In this document: positions 9,978 to 18,689 of the stretch, piece after piece | How the letters are laid out: every line of letters begins with the position of its first letter | Position numbering within the stretch: position 1 is the stretch's first letter | Assembly (NCBI GenBank): GCA_030628945.1 | Contig: DAOVPY010000001.1 | Location: 51,302 to 115,301 of the forward strand | Direction: 5' to 3' | DNA from: Candidatus Nealsonbacteria bacterium | GTDB lineage: Bacteria; Patescibacteriota; Minisyncoccia; Minisyncoccales; DAOVPY01 | Length of the DNA: 64,000 nucleotides | Notes under the pieces: model-generated | Seen by the model: only the letters and a program-made list of their open reading frames with translations | The model's database searches: none | What the model was told of the DNA's origin: nothing | Program-made: the position numbers and the translations under genes

Positions 9978-10874
9978 TTAGCGCGATAGCGCGTACACGC
10001 TTCCTCCCAAATCCCTTACTTTATTTTTTATTTCTAACGCAATAAGGGCGCTTGCCACAGCAGAGGCGGGCAGTTTTGTTTTTTCAATAATTTTGTCAAT
10101 ATTCAACCCACCTTGTTTTAATGCGTCCAAAATTAAATTTTCTTCTTCATTTTCTCCTTTTGTTTCTTGTTTAAGGTAGAACCTTAAACATTGGAGATTA
10201 AGTTCTTGCAGAATGTCGTTGGGTCTGTCAACTAATTTTGCGCCATTTTTGATTAAATCGTTTGGGCCATTGGAATTAAGCGAATGAATTGGTCCGGGCA
10301 GGGCAAAAACTTTTCGTTTCTGCTCGCGGGCGCAGCGCGCGGTAATTAAAGCGCCGCTTTTGTATTTTGCCTCTATCACCAAAACGCCCAGACAAAGTCC
10401 GGAAATTATCCGATTTCTTGAAGGAAAGTTGCCTTTATATCCGGGCGTACCAGGCGGAAATTCTGAAATCACCGCGCCGTTATTCGCGACAATTTCTCTG
10501 GCTAATTTTATGTTTTCCTGCGGGTAAATACTTTTCTCGTCAATTCCGGTTCCTAAAACAGCAATGGTTTTTCCTTTTTGTTCAAGACAGGTTTGATGCG
10601 CCCAGGAATCAATTCCTTTTGCCATCCCGCTAACAATAATAAGCCCGGCTTCTGTTAGAGCACTGACTATTTCCAGAGTTGCCTGTTTTCCGTAATCCGA
10701 GCATCTTCTTGTGCCAACCACGGCAAAACATGGTGTTTTGCCAAGAGTTAAATTTCCTTTCACGTAAAGTTTTGCCGGCGCGTTAGGGATTTTTTTGAGG
10801 ATTTTTGGATATTCCTTGTCCTTAATAGTAATAGTTTTGATTTTTCCGTTGTTAGAGCTTGACATAATTAACAA
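9978..10874 (-). CDS. dprA: DNA processing protein DprA (Smf)
   Basis: Rossmann-like DprA core (GxARGIDxxAH: MAKGIDSWAHQ), ~300 aa. Confidence 0.85.
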   Translation of the reverse strand: MLIMSSSNNGKIKTITIKDKEYPKILKKIPNAPAKLYVKGNLTLGKTPCFAVVGTRRCSDYGKQATLEIVSALTEAGLIIVSGMAKGIDSWAHQTCLEQKGKTIAVLGTGIDEKSIYPQENIKLAREIVANNGAVISEFPPGTPGYKGNFPSRNRIISGLCLGVLVIEAKYKSGALITARCAREQKRKVFALPGPIHSLNSNGPNDLIKNGAKLVDRPNDILQELNLQCLRFYLKQETKGENEEENLILDALKQGGLNIDKIIEKTKLPASAVASALIALEIKNKVRDLGGSVYALSR

Positions 10875-11085
10875 GGTGTGTATAATATAATGTTAGATGA
10901 TTTTGTCAAATTTTTGCTTTTTGGTCTGCCTGCGAGTTGTCCTTTTTAGACGATCCCTCCTTATGTCTGATAGGGCGCGAGTTTAGGGTTAAGGACTGAT
11001 GTTTTTAATTCTAACGCTTGCGGGTAGGCCAGAGAGCAGAAAAAGAAAAATAGTTCTCTGAAAATCAAATAGGAGGTAATGTAAT

Positions 11086-11244
11086 ATGGGAGCAGGATAT
11101 GGTGGCGATTTAACCGCAGAAGAAGAAAGAAAAAGAAAAGGGGAACTCAAGAAAGAAAAAAGATCCGCTACAATAGCAATGCTAATAGGGCCTTCGCTGT
11201 GTATTTTATGTGGAGTAGTTCTTTGGTGCACAAGGTATTTTTGA
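11086..11244 (+). CDS. Small hypothetical membrane protein (52 aa)
   Basis: Strong SD AGGAGGT 10 nt upstream of ATG. Charged N-terminus then hydrophobic helix (IAMLIGPSLCILCGVVLWC). Not in the ORF track (<60 aa). Confidence 0.25.
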   Translation: MGAGYGGDLTAEEERKRKGELKKEKRSATIAMLIGPSLCILCGVVLWCTRYF

Positions 11245-11526
11245 GATTGTTAAAAATTTAGGAGATGAAAAACAAGAAATGGCGAAAAGCGTGAAAGCTT
11301 TTATTCTTTATAATTCATCAAGCACGGATATTTTGAAGCCATATGCAGTAATCTTGGCGGTTTCGCGCGAAGAAGCTGTTAAAAAGGCGGAAGAATTATT
11401 GATGAGCAAAGAATTTTTACTGAATGAAGTTCCACTGGTGGTGGAGTAATAAGAGTTAATAAAGCAAGCGAGGTATAATGGTGAGGATTTTTCCGAACCA
11501 TTCGCCTCGTTTTTATTTTCTGAGAT

Positions 11527-12096
11527 TCATTTGTTAAATTTATTCATTGCTTTTTCCACGCCTTGTTGTGTTGCCATTTCAATCGCCTCACAGGTTTTGT
11601 TAATTACTTCTTTAATAATCCCTTCTTCATTTTTGGTAAATTTTTGCAGGACAAATTTTTCCACATTTTTTGGCTTTCCTTTTTCGGGCCGGACGCCTAT
11701 TCTGAAACGGATGAAATTTTTCGCTTTCAATTCATGAATGATTGATTCCACGCCTTTGTGCCCCGCGGCTCCGCGGTTTTTTATGATTTTTATTTTTCCA
11801 AGCGGTAAATCAATATCATCGTGAATCACCCAAATTTTTGTAACTTGTAACTTGTAACTTAAAACCAATTTCTTTACTGAACCTCCAGAGTTGTTCATAA
11901 ACGTCTGGGGTTTTGCCAGGATTATTTTTTGGTTTTCAATTATTCCTTTGGAAATTTGAGCATTGAAAATTGATTGAAAATTGAAAATTGAAAATTGAAA
12001 ATTAGCGGCAATTTTATCCACTATTCTAAACCCGAGATTGTGCCGGGTTTTTTTATATTTTTCGCCTGGATTTCCCAGACCAACAATTAAAATCAT
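11527..12096 (-). CDS. pth: Peptidyl-tRNA hydrolase carrying two in-frame heptamer-repeat-encoded insertions
   Basis: GLGNPG...TRHNLGF N-terminal signature. Sense-strand repeats AAGTTAC x3 encode KLQVTKI and TTTTCAA x5 encode FQFSIFNFQSIF. Confidence 0.9.
   Translation of the reverse strand: MILIVGLGNPGEKYKKTRHNLGFRIVDKIAANFQFSIFNFQSIFNAQISKGIIENQKIILAKPQTFMNNSGGSVKKLVLSYKLQVTKIWVIHDDIDLPLGKIKIIKNRGAAGHKGVESIIHELKAKNFIRFRIGVRPEKGKPKNVEKFVLQKFTKNEEGIIKEVINKTCEAIEMATQQGVEKAMNKFNK
11838..11860. repeat. Heptanucleotide tandem repeat TTGTAAC x3.3 (reverse complement of GTTACAA) inside the pth CDS
   Basis: Direct read: ttgtaac ttgtaac ttgtaac tt. Same unit as the parA-parB junction repeat. Confidence 0.9.
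11963..12001. repeat. Heptanucleotide tandem repeat TTGAAAA x4 plus one spaced copy inside the pth CDS
   Basis: Direct read: ttgaaaa t tga ttgaaaa ttgaaaa ttgaaaa ttgaaaa. Confidence 0.9.
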
Positions 12097-12131
12097 TTTA
12101 ATATTATATCACTATTTTTAAATTTAGATAA

Positions 12132-12169
12132 ACCCTGTTAAATAGTTGCGAAGCAAATTTAACAGGGTA
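12132..12169. repeat. Small palindromic element with CCCTGTTAAA / TTTAACAGGG terminal inverted repeats (family copy 1)
   Basis: aCCCTGTTAAATagttgcgaagcaaATTTAACAGGGta, in the divergent region between pth and the 12207 gene. Confidence 0.7.
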
Positions 12170-12206
12170 AATATTGGAAGTTTTCCCCAGGGATTTTTCT
12201 TTTTAG

Positions 12207-13160
12207 ATGTGGTACAATAAATTAATGAACACCAAACCTTTATCACTCATACTCGGCGTCTTGGCAATGACAGGATTACTCAGTTACGTTGTCCTTGCCT
12301 GGACCGAGCCGTCTGTTGGTCCGCCCGGAGGCAATGTGACTCCGCCAATAAATACAGGAATAAATTATCAAGCCAAAGACGGGGATTTAGGTTTAAGAAC
12401 CTTTTACACAGACGATATCAAGATTGGAGGAGCTATCCCTGGCTTATATTCCGCGCACGGAAATCTAATCATCAAGAATAGCAGCAACAACACCACCCTG
12501 GAAATAGACGGCAGCACAGGCAATCTAAAGGTCAAAGATAGTTCAGGCGTCTTGGATTCTCTTTTTTCCAACGGAATTATTAAGGAGAAATTTTTGCCCT
12601 ATTGCGAGGAAGAAATAACCAGCGATGTTTATACCAATGGACAGAGCCAGGCAACCGGATGCAATTTTGGCGGGTATGACGGTTATTACAATATTTCCAA
12701 CTTAATCCCGGAAAACGTTAAAACCGGTGTGAGTTTTGGAAGGGGAGAGATAGGGGCGTTAGAAATATCAGAGATATTAGAGCAAGGCTGTGTGCTATTA
12801 GAAGGTAGTGGAAATTGCGTGCTTTGTAATACCGATTGTCCATCCGGATATACAGATAAGGGGAATTTGGATTTGATAAAAGAGCAGGGCTCTGGTATTT
12901 GTCACCTCGGAACCTCCAGAAACAACTACTACCGTCGTGGTAGTGTTGCGGGTTTTATTCGCTGTCTTGGCGGCAGGAGTGCCGACTGTAGGGATTGTAG
13001 TGGCAGGGGTGCCGCCAGTTCCTGTGTAGTTGAATATGGTGAATGTGCAATAGGAGAAAGGACAGGTGTAATGGTACATAGCGTGACCCATCCGCAAGGA
13101 AACCAGAGTAGGGTATATGACTGTCGTTGTATCCTGACCTTTAAATACTGTTGTCCCTAA
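12207..13160 (+). CDS. Secreted/membrane-anchored cysteine-rich hypothetical protein
   Basis: N-terminal hydrophobic anchor (LSLILGVLAMTGLLSYVVLAW). About 20 Cys in the C-terminal third (CVLCNTDCPSGY...CRDCSGRG...YDCRCILTFKYCCP). Confidence 0.4.
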   Translation: MWYNKLMNTKPLSLILGVLAMTGLLSYVVLAWTEPSVGPPGGNVTPPINTGINYQAKDGDLGLRTFYTDDIKIGGAIPGLYSAHGNLIIKNSSNNTTLEIDGSTGNLKVKDSSGVLDSLFSNGIIKEKFLPYCEEEITSDVYTNGQSQATGCNFGGYDGYYNISNLIPENVKTGVSFGRGEIGALEISEILEQGCVLLEGSGNCVLCNTDCPSGYTDKGNLDLIKEQGSGICHLGTSRNNYYRRGSVAGFIRCLGGRSADCRDCSGRGAASSCVVEYGECAIGERTGVMVHSVTHPQGNQSRVYDCRCILTFKYCCP

Positions 13161-13208
13161 GGGAAAAAATTGGGAGCAGTTCTATTTTTTGATTCTATTT
13201 TAAAATTT

Positions 13209-13236
13209 AAGCCCGCGCTTTCGGCGCGGGCTTTTC
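13209..13236 (+). terminator. Rho-independent terminator
   Basis: AAGCCCGCGC-TTTC-GGCGCGGGCTT followed by TTCC/T-rich sequence. Confidence 0.6.
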
Positions 13237-13277
13237 CAAAACCAGTTTCAAAAAATGTTTTACAAAAATAAAAAACT

Positions 13278-13859
13278 TTGTTAATATGTAGAAACATGAA
13301 AATCCTAAAAAACACCTTATTATTTTTTTGGGAAATCAGCAAGATAGTTATTATCGCGCTGCTGATAGTTGTTCCTATCCGCTATTTTATTTTTCAGCCA
13401 TTTTTTGTGAGGGGCCAGAGCATGGAACCGAATTTTCACAGCGGCGATTATCTGATTGTTGATGAAATTTCTTATCGTTTTACAGAACCAGCGAGAGGAG
13501 AGGTAATTGTGTTTAAGTATCCGCAGGACTCTTCTCAACGTTATATTAAAAGAATTATCGGTTTGCCCGGAGAAACAGTGGAAGTAAGAAAAGGAGAAGT
13601 AATAATTCAAACGAATGGTTCATTGAGCCGGCAATATGTTTTAGACGAGACAAATTATCTCGCTGATATTGTTCAGACTCCGGGTAGTATTAGTATTTCA
13701 TTAAGCGAGAGCGAATATTTTGTTTTAGGCGATAACAGGTCCTTTTCTTCTGATTCCAGGCGCTGGGGAGCGGTTTCCGAGGATGAAATTGTTGGCAGGG
13801 TGCTTCTGAGGATGTGGCCTTTTTTTGCTTTTGCTAAAATTGAAGCGCCGGGTTACTAG
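13278..13859 (+). CDS. lepB: Signal peptidase I
   Basis: Motifs GQSMEPNF (catalytic Ser), YIKRIIGLPGE (catalytic Lys region), GDNRSFSSDSRRWG. Start may be the ATG at 13296. Confidence 0.85.
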   Translation: MLICRNMKILKNTLLFFWEISKIVIIALLIVVPIRYFIFQPFFVRGQSMEPNFHSGDYLIVDEISYRFTEPARGEVIVFKYPQDSSQRYIKRIIGLPGETVEVRKGEVIIQTNGSLSRQYVLDETNYLADIVQTPGSISISLSESEYFVLGDNRSFSSDSRRWGAVSEDEIVGRVLLRMWPFFAFAKIEAPGY

Positions 13860-13886
13860 ATTCTCGCCTCGCTTTATTATAAGAAT

Positions 13887-15212
13887 ATGAGGAGACCAAA
13901 ATTTCAAAAACCAACCGGAATGCGCGATATTTTGCCGGAAGAGCAAAAGTATTTCCGAAAAATTTACGACACAGCGGAAAATATTGCTAATTTTTACGGT
14001 TTTCAAAAAATTGAAACGCCGATTGTGGAAGATGCCGAACTTTTTATTCGGGGGACCGGGCAATACACTGATATTATTGAGAAAGAAATGTACACTCTTC
14101 GGACCAAAGGAGGAGATTTGTTAGCTCTCCGGCCAGAGGGAACTCCGGGAATAGTAAGGGCTTACATTGAGAATGGGATGTTTAATCTGCCTTCGCCGGT
14201 GAAACTCTGGTATTTCGGCCCTTATTTTCGTTATGAACGTCCACAGGCGGGAAGGTTTCGCCAGTTCCATCATTTAGGATTTGAAGTTTTTAAGGAAAGA
14301 AGCCCTATTATTGATGTCCGGATTATTCAAATTTTTTATAATATTTTAAAGGAATTAAAATTTAAGAATTTAGTAATTAAAGTTAACAGTATTGGCGACA
14401 GTCAATGCCGGCCATATTACCGAAAACTTTTAGTAAGTTATTTTAAATCTCGGGAGGCGTTATTTTGTTTTAATTGCCGGAGAAGAATTAAAAAAAATCC
14501 TTTGCGAGTTTTGGATTGTAAAGAAGAAAAGTGCCAAAAAATTGTTAGTCAGGCGCCTCAGCTTATTGACCATCTTTGCGAGGAGTGCCATGCTCATTTT
14601 AGGGGCGTCTTAGAGTTTTTGGATGAAATTGAGATGCCTTATCAGTTAGATCCTTATTTAGTGCGCGGCTTGGATTATTACACCAAAACCGTTTTTGAGA
14701 TAATTGAGGACAGGCAGATGGTCAATGTTATTGAAGAAACTGAAAACAAAGAAGAAAAGCCAAAACCAGAGCCCCTGTCTTTAGTCGGCGGAGGGAGATA
14801 CGATGGTTTGGTGAAATTATTGGGAAGAAAAGACACGCCGGCCTGCGGCGGAGCCGCGGGCATAGAAAGAATAGTAAATCTTTTGAAAATTAAAAACGCA
14901 AAATTTTTCCAACCTCCGCGCGCAAAGATTTTTTTAGCGCAGCTGGGAGATTTAGCCAAGAAGAAATGCCTAAAACTCTTTGAAGATTTTAGGAAAGCGA
15001 ATATTATGATTGAGGAGTCGTTCAGCAAGGATTCTTTGAAAATTCAGTTGAAAATCGCTAACAGGCTGGGAGTGAATTATACTTTAATTTTTGGCCATAA
15101 AGAGGTTTTAGATAACACAATTATCATAAGAGAGATGAAGAGCGGCAGACAAGAAACAGTAAAAATGGACAAGGTGGTGGATGTGATGAAAAGAAAATTA
15201 AAGAAATCCTGA
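13887..15212 (+). CDS. hisS: Histidyl-tRNA synthetase
   Basis: Class II motifs: RDILPEE, FRYERPQAGRFRQFHQ, GGGRYDGL, and a C-terminal anticodon-binding domain. Confidence 0.95.
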   Translation: MRRPKFQKPTGMRDILPEEQKYFRKIYDTAENIANFYGFQKIETPIVEDAELFIRGTGQYTDIIEKEMYTLRTKGGDLLALRPEGTPGIVRAYIENGMFNLPSPVKLWYFGPYFRYERPQAGRFRQFHHLGFEVFKERSPIIDVRIIQIFYNILKELKFKNLVIKVNSIGDSQCRPYYRKLLVSYFKSREALFCFNCRRRIKKNPLRVLDCKEEKCQKIVSQAPQLIDHLCEECHAHFRGVLEFLDEIEMPYQLDPYLVRGLDYYTKTVFEIIEDRQMVNVIEETENKEEKPKPEPLSLVGGGRYDGLVKLLGRKDTPACGGAAGIERIVNLLKIKNAKFFQPPRAKIFLAQLGDLAKKKCLKLFEDFRKANIMIEESFSKDSLKIQLKIANRLGVNYTLIFGHKEVLDNTIIIREMKSGRQETVKMDKVVDVMKRKLKKS

Positions 15213-15216
15213 TAAT

Positions 15217-15573
15217 ATGCCCTGCTTGTTCTGTAAAATTATAAATAAGAAAGCGCGCGCGGATATAATCTATGAGGATGCTGAATTTTTGGTTTTTAAG
15301 AGCATAAAGCCGGTTGCGCCCATTCATATTTTGCTCGTTCCCAGAAAACATATTCCTTCCGCGCAACACTTAAAATCAGAAGATAAAGAATTAATCGGGG
15401 AGTTATTTTTACTTGCTGGAAAAATAGCCAAAAAACAAAACATTAGCAAAAAGGGCTATAAGCTGGTTTTTAACGTAGGCAAAGGAGGAGGACAAGTGAT
15501 TAATCATTTACACCTGCATTTGCTCGGTGGCTGGAAAACAGCCAAACAAAGAAATATTCCCGGAATGCCATAA
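15217..15573 (+). CDS. HIT-family (histidine triad) nucleotide hydrolase
   Basis: HLHLHLLGG histidine triad. CxxC near the N-terminus. Confidence 0.85.
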   Translation: MPCLFCKIINKKARADIIYEDAEFLVFKSIKPVAPIHILLVPRKHIPSAQHLKSEDKELIGELFLLAGKIAKKQNISKKGYKLVFNVGKGGGQVINHLHLHLLGGWKTAKQRNIPGMP

Positions 15574-15597
15574 AGAAAATTTTTTAATTTTTAGATT

Positions 15598-15816
15598 ATG
15601 TTGGAAGTTAAACGGAAAAAAAGAGAAAGCAATCAAAGTTTAGTCTACCGCTTTGGCAGAGGAGTTCAAAAAAGCGGAATTTTGTTTAGGAAAAGAAAAA
15701 TTCGCTTTCGCCAACATTCCAAAAGCGAGTATGCCCAAAAAAAAGCGACCCTGAGAAAGGAGGAACTAAAAAAAGAATATGAGAAATTGAAGAAATTAGG
15801 CAGGTTAAAGGATTAG
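15598..15816 (+). CDS. rpsU: Probable ribosomal protein bS21
   Basis: 72-aa highly basic protein. The pattern V.R....ES....RF.R....KSGIL...RK......PS..R..K matches S21. Confidence 0.5.
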   Translation: MLEVKRKKRESNQSLVYRFGRGVQKSGILFRKRKIRFRQHSKSEYAQKKATLRKEELKKEYEKLKKLGRLKD

Positions 15817-15819
15817 ATT

Positions 15820-16287
15820 ATGATTGAAATTAATAATTTGACAACCAATTCCGTGAGCGAGGATTTTTTGAGAAGAATTGCTAAAATAGTATTAGAGGGC
15901 GAGGGCAAGAAAGAGGTTGGTTTGTCCATTGCTTTTGTGGGACAGGGAAGAATGAGAGAAATTAATAAGAAGTACCGGAAAAAAAATCGCGTTACCGATG
16001 TTTTGGCTTTTCCGGAGTCAAAGGTCTTGTTGGAAAAATTTAGAGTAGGGCTTTTTCAAAAGGTTCAGGGATTGGGAGAAATAATTATTTGTTTGCGCGA
16101 GGTTAAAAAGAACGCCAAAAAATTTAAATCCTCGTTTGACAAGGAATTGGCAAAAGTTTTAATTCATGGGATTCTGCATCTCTTGGGATACGACCACGAG
16201 AAGTCGGAAACAGAGGCAGAGAAGATGAAGGAGAAAGAGGAGTGCTATCTATCTCGTCTTAAAACTACGGACTCAAATGACCAATGA
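15820..16287 (+). CDS. ybeY: rRNA maturation endoribonuclease YbeY
   Basis: HGILHLLGYDH zinc-binding motif. Confidence 0.85.
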   Translation: MIEINNLTTNSVSEDFLRRIAKIVLEGEGKKEVGLSIAFVGQGRMREINKKYRKKNRVTDVLAFPESKVLLEKFRVGLFQKVQGLGEIIICLREVKKNAKKFKSSFDKELAKVLIHGILHLLGYDHEKSETEAEKMKEKEECYLSRLKTTDSNDQ

Positions 16288-16295
16288 CTAATTTC

Positions 16296-16380
16296 TAATT
16301 TCTAATCAAATCCCAAATCCCAATTTCTAAATTTTTTGGACATTGGACATTGGGTATTGATTAGACATTAGGTTAATTAG
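16296..16380. repeat. Intergenic patchwork of short 7-bp tandem duplications (TAATTTC x2.5, AAATCCC x2, TGGACAT x2, TTAGG-containing units) upstream of ftsA
   Basis: Direct read: taatttctaatttctaatc aaatcccaaatccca ... ttggacattggacattggg ... ttagacattaggttaattaggaattag. Confidence 0.8.
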
Positions 16381-16395
16381 GAATTAGAAATTTTT

Positions 16396-17649
16396 ATGGC
16401 GAAGCCGTATATTATTACTGGTTTAGACATCGGAACAAGTTCTATAAAAGCCCTTGCTGCTTTAAAAAAACCAGACTCGCCGAGTTTGGAGGTTTTAGTT
16501 CAGTTACGGGAGCCGGTTTTGGGCATGAGAAAAGGGGTAGTGGCTGACGTTGACGCGGTTTCAAAAAGCGTAATTCAGGTTTTATCTCAACTTGAAGAGA
16601 AAATTAATCAAAAGATTGAAGACGTTTATGTTAATATAAACGGGGGACATATTTTTACGCGGTTCTCTCATGGGTCGGTGGTGGTTTCCAGGGCTGACAA
16701 AAAAATTTCCGAGGAAGATGTTAATAGAGTAATCCAATCGGCGCAGGCGTTTTCCCTGCCATTAAACAAAGAAATTTTAGAGATTTTTCCAAAAGAATTT
16801 GTTATTGACGGAGAGTCCGGGATAAAACAAGCCCTGGGAATGGAGGGGATACGGTTGGAAGTTGAAATTTTGGCGCTCGGCGCTTTCTCTCCTTCTTTAA
16901 AAAATTTAACCAATGCCGTTCTGAACGCGGATGTTCAAATTGCTGACATTATTCCCTCTCCTCTGGCTTCGGCAAGGTCTGTTTTAACTCCCCAGCAAAA
17001 AGAGTTGGGCGTTTGCCTGCTGGATATCGGCGCCGGAACCACGGGCATGTCAGTGTACGGAGAAGGAAATTTGATTCAGCTTGCTGTTTTGCCGCTTGGT
17101 TCCTCGCACATTACCAATGATATTGCCATTGGTTTGAAAACCGATATTAATATTGCGGAGCAGATAAAGCGGGAGTTTGGGACTTGTGGTTTTTCTAATT
17201 CCCAAAAGCGGCCATTTCAGGGAAAAGAGATAAAAATCAAACCATCCGAAGAATCTTCTTCTTTGGAGTTTTCCCGGAAAATGTTGGCGGATATTATAGA
17301 ATCAAGAGTTTCTGAAATTTTTGATTTAATCAAAAAACAGCTTAAAGAGATTTCTTCTTCCCTTCCGGCAGGCGTGGTTCTCACCGGCGGCGGTTCAAAA
17401 CTGCCCGGAATTGTCGCTTTTGCCAAAAAGGAATTAAAATTGCCGGTTCGTCTGGGCGCGCCCTGGGTTCGTTCCGAGCCGAAACAGGGTTTAGATGAGC
17501 CGGAATGGTCCGGGTTGGAAGAGAATCCAATTCTTGCGACAGTTTGCGGTTTGGTTCTGATGGGAAAGGATTTAGGAGCCGAAGATAAAAAAAACCGAAA
17601 AGGAATTTTCGGGAAATTGAAAAAATTTTTAAGAGAATTTATTCCCTAA
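16396..17649 (+). CDS. ftsA: Cell division protein FtsA
   Basis: Actin-fold ATPase motifs (GLDIGTSSIKAL; DIGAGTT; LTGGGSKLPG). Confidence 0.9.
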   Translation: MAKPYIITGLDIGTSSIKALAALKKPDSPSLEVLVQLREPVLGMRKGVVADVDAVSKSVIQVLSQLEEKINQKIEDVYVNINGGHIFTRFSHGSVVVSRADKKISEEDVNRVIQSAQAFSLPLNKEILEIFPKEFVIDGESGIKQALGMEGIRLEVEILALGAFSPSLKNLTNAVLNADVQIADIIPSPLASARSVLTPQQKELGVCLLDIGAGTTGMSVYGEGNLIQLAVLPLGSSHITNDIAIGLKTDINIAEQIKREFGTCGFSNSQKRPFQGKEIKIKPSEESSSLEFSRKMLADIIESRVSEIFDLIKKQLKEISSSLPAGVVLTGGGSKLPGIVAFAKKELKLPVRLGAPWVRSEPKQGLDEPEWSGLEENPILATVCGLVLMGKDLGAEDKKNRKGIFGKLKKFLREFIP

Positions 17650-17661
17650 ATAACTATAATT

Positions 17662-18612
17662 ATGCCATCAAAAATTTTATCATCGCCAAAAATTAAAGTA
17701 ATAGGCGTTGGCGGTTCCGGCGGGAACGCTGTTTCGCGGATGTTTGAATGCCAGATTCGGGGCGTAGATTTGATTGCCGTGAATACGGATGTCCAGGATA
17801 TTCAGAGAGTAAAAGCCCATCAGAAAATACGGATTGGAAAGCGCCTCACCGAAGGTTTGGGCACGGGGATGAATCCGGATTTGGGCAGGCGGGCGGCGCT
17901 GGAGAACAGAAAGGAACTTAACGAGGTTTTAAAGGGTTCGGATATGGTTTTTGTCACCTGCGGCTTGGGCGGCGGAACCGGTTCCGGCGCTTCGCCGGTT
18001 ATTGCGGAAATTGCCAAACAACTGGGCGCTTTAACTATTGCCGTGGTTACAAAGCCTTTTTCTTTTGAGGGCTTGCAGCGAATAAAAACCGCTCAGAAAA
18101 GTTTAGAAGCGTTAAAAAATAAAGTGGATACTCTGCTTACTATTCCCAATGACAAGTTGCTGTCTCGGGCAGATAAAGAAACAACCTTGATTAAAGCGTT
18201 CTGGACCTGCGATGAAGTTCTGCGCCAGGCCGTGCAGGGGATTTCTGATTTAATTGTCCTGCCGGGAATAGTAAATGTTGATTTCGCGGACGTCAAAGCT
18301 ATTATGAAAGGTTCGGGTCAGGCGCTTTTTGGGATGGGAAAGGCGAGAGGCGAGAATAGAATTGAACAAGCGGTGGAACAGGCGCTTAATTCATCCTTGC
18401 TTGATTTTTCAATTGAGGGCGCGAAAGGAGTTTTATTTAATGTAAGCGGGGGAAAAGATTTGGGATTGAAAGAGATAGACGTTGCCGCTAAAATGATTAC
18501 GAAAAATATTAAGCCAAAAGCAAAAGTAATTTTTGGAGCGGTTCAGGATAACCGGCTTCAGCCCGGAGAAGTTAAAATAACAGTAATCGCCACCGGGTTT
18601 AATAATCAATAA
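17662..18612 (+). CDS. ftsZ: Cell division GTPase FtsZ (core only, no C-terminal linker/tail)
   Basis: GGGTGSG tubulin signature; NTD, T7 loop. The protein ends immediately after the core (VIATGFNNQ). Confidence 0.9.
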   Translation: MPSKILSSPKIKVIGVGGSGGNAVSRMFECQIRGVDLIAVNTDVQDIQRVKAHQKIRIGKRLTEGLGTGMNPDLGRRAALENRKELNEVLKGSDMVFVTCGLGGGTGSGASPVIAEIAKQLGALTIAVVTKPFSFEGLQRIKTAQKSLEALKNKVDTLLTIPNDKLLSRADKETTLIKAFWTCDEVLRQAVQGISDLIVLPGIVNVDFADVKAIMKGSGQALFGMGKARGENRIEQAVEQALNSSLLDFSIEGAKGVLFNVSGGKDLGLKEIDVAAKMITKNIKPKAKVIFGAVQDNRLQPGEVKITVIATGFNNQ

Positions 18613-18628
18613 TCAATAATCAATAATA
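18601..18628. repeat. Heptanucleotide tandem repeat AATAATC x ~4 containing the ftsZ stop codon
   Basis: Direct read: aataatc aataatc aataatc aataata; the TAA stop lies in the second unit. Confidence 0.9.
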
Positions 18629-18640
18629 TTTTTTCCACAG

Positions 18641-18668
18641 AAAAAGGGTTTGCCAGCCCTTTTTTATT
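18641..18668 (+). terminator. Rho-independent terminator after ftsZ
   Basis: AAAAAGGG-TTTGCCAG-CCCTTTTTT. Confidence 0.55.
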
Positions 18669-18689
18669 AAGTTAAAATATAAGAATACA

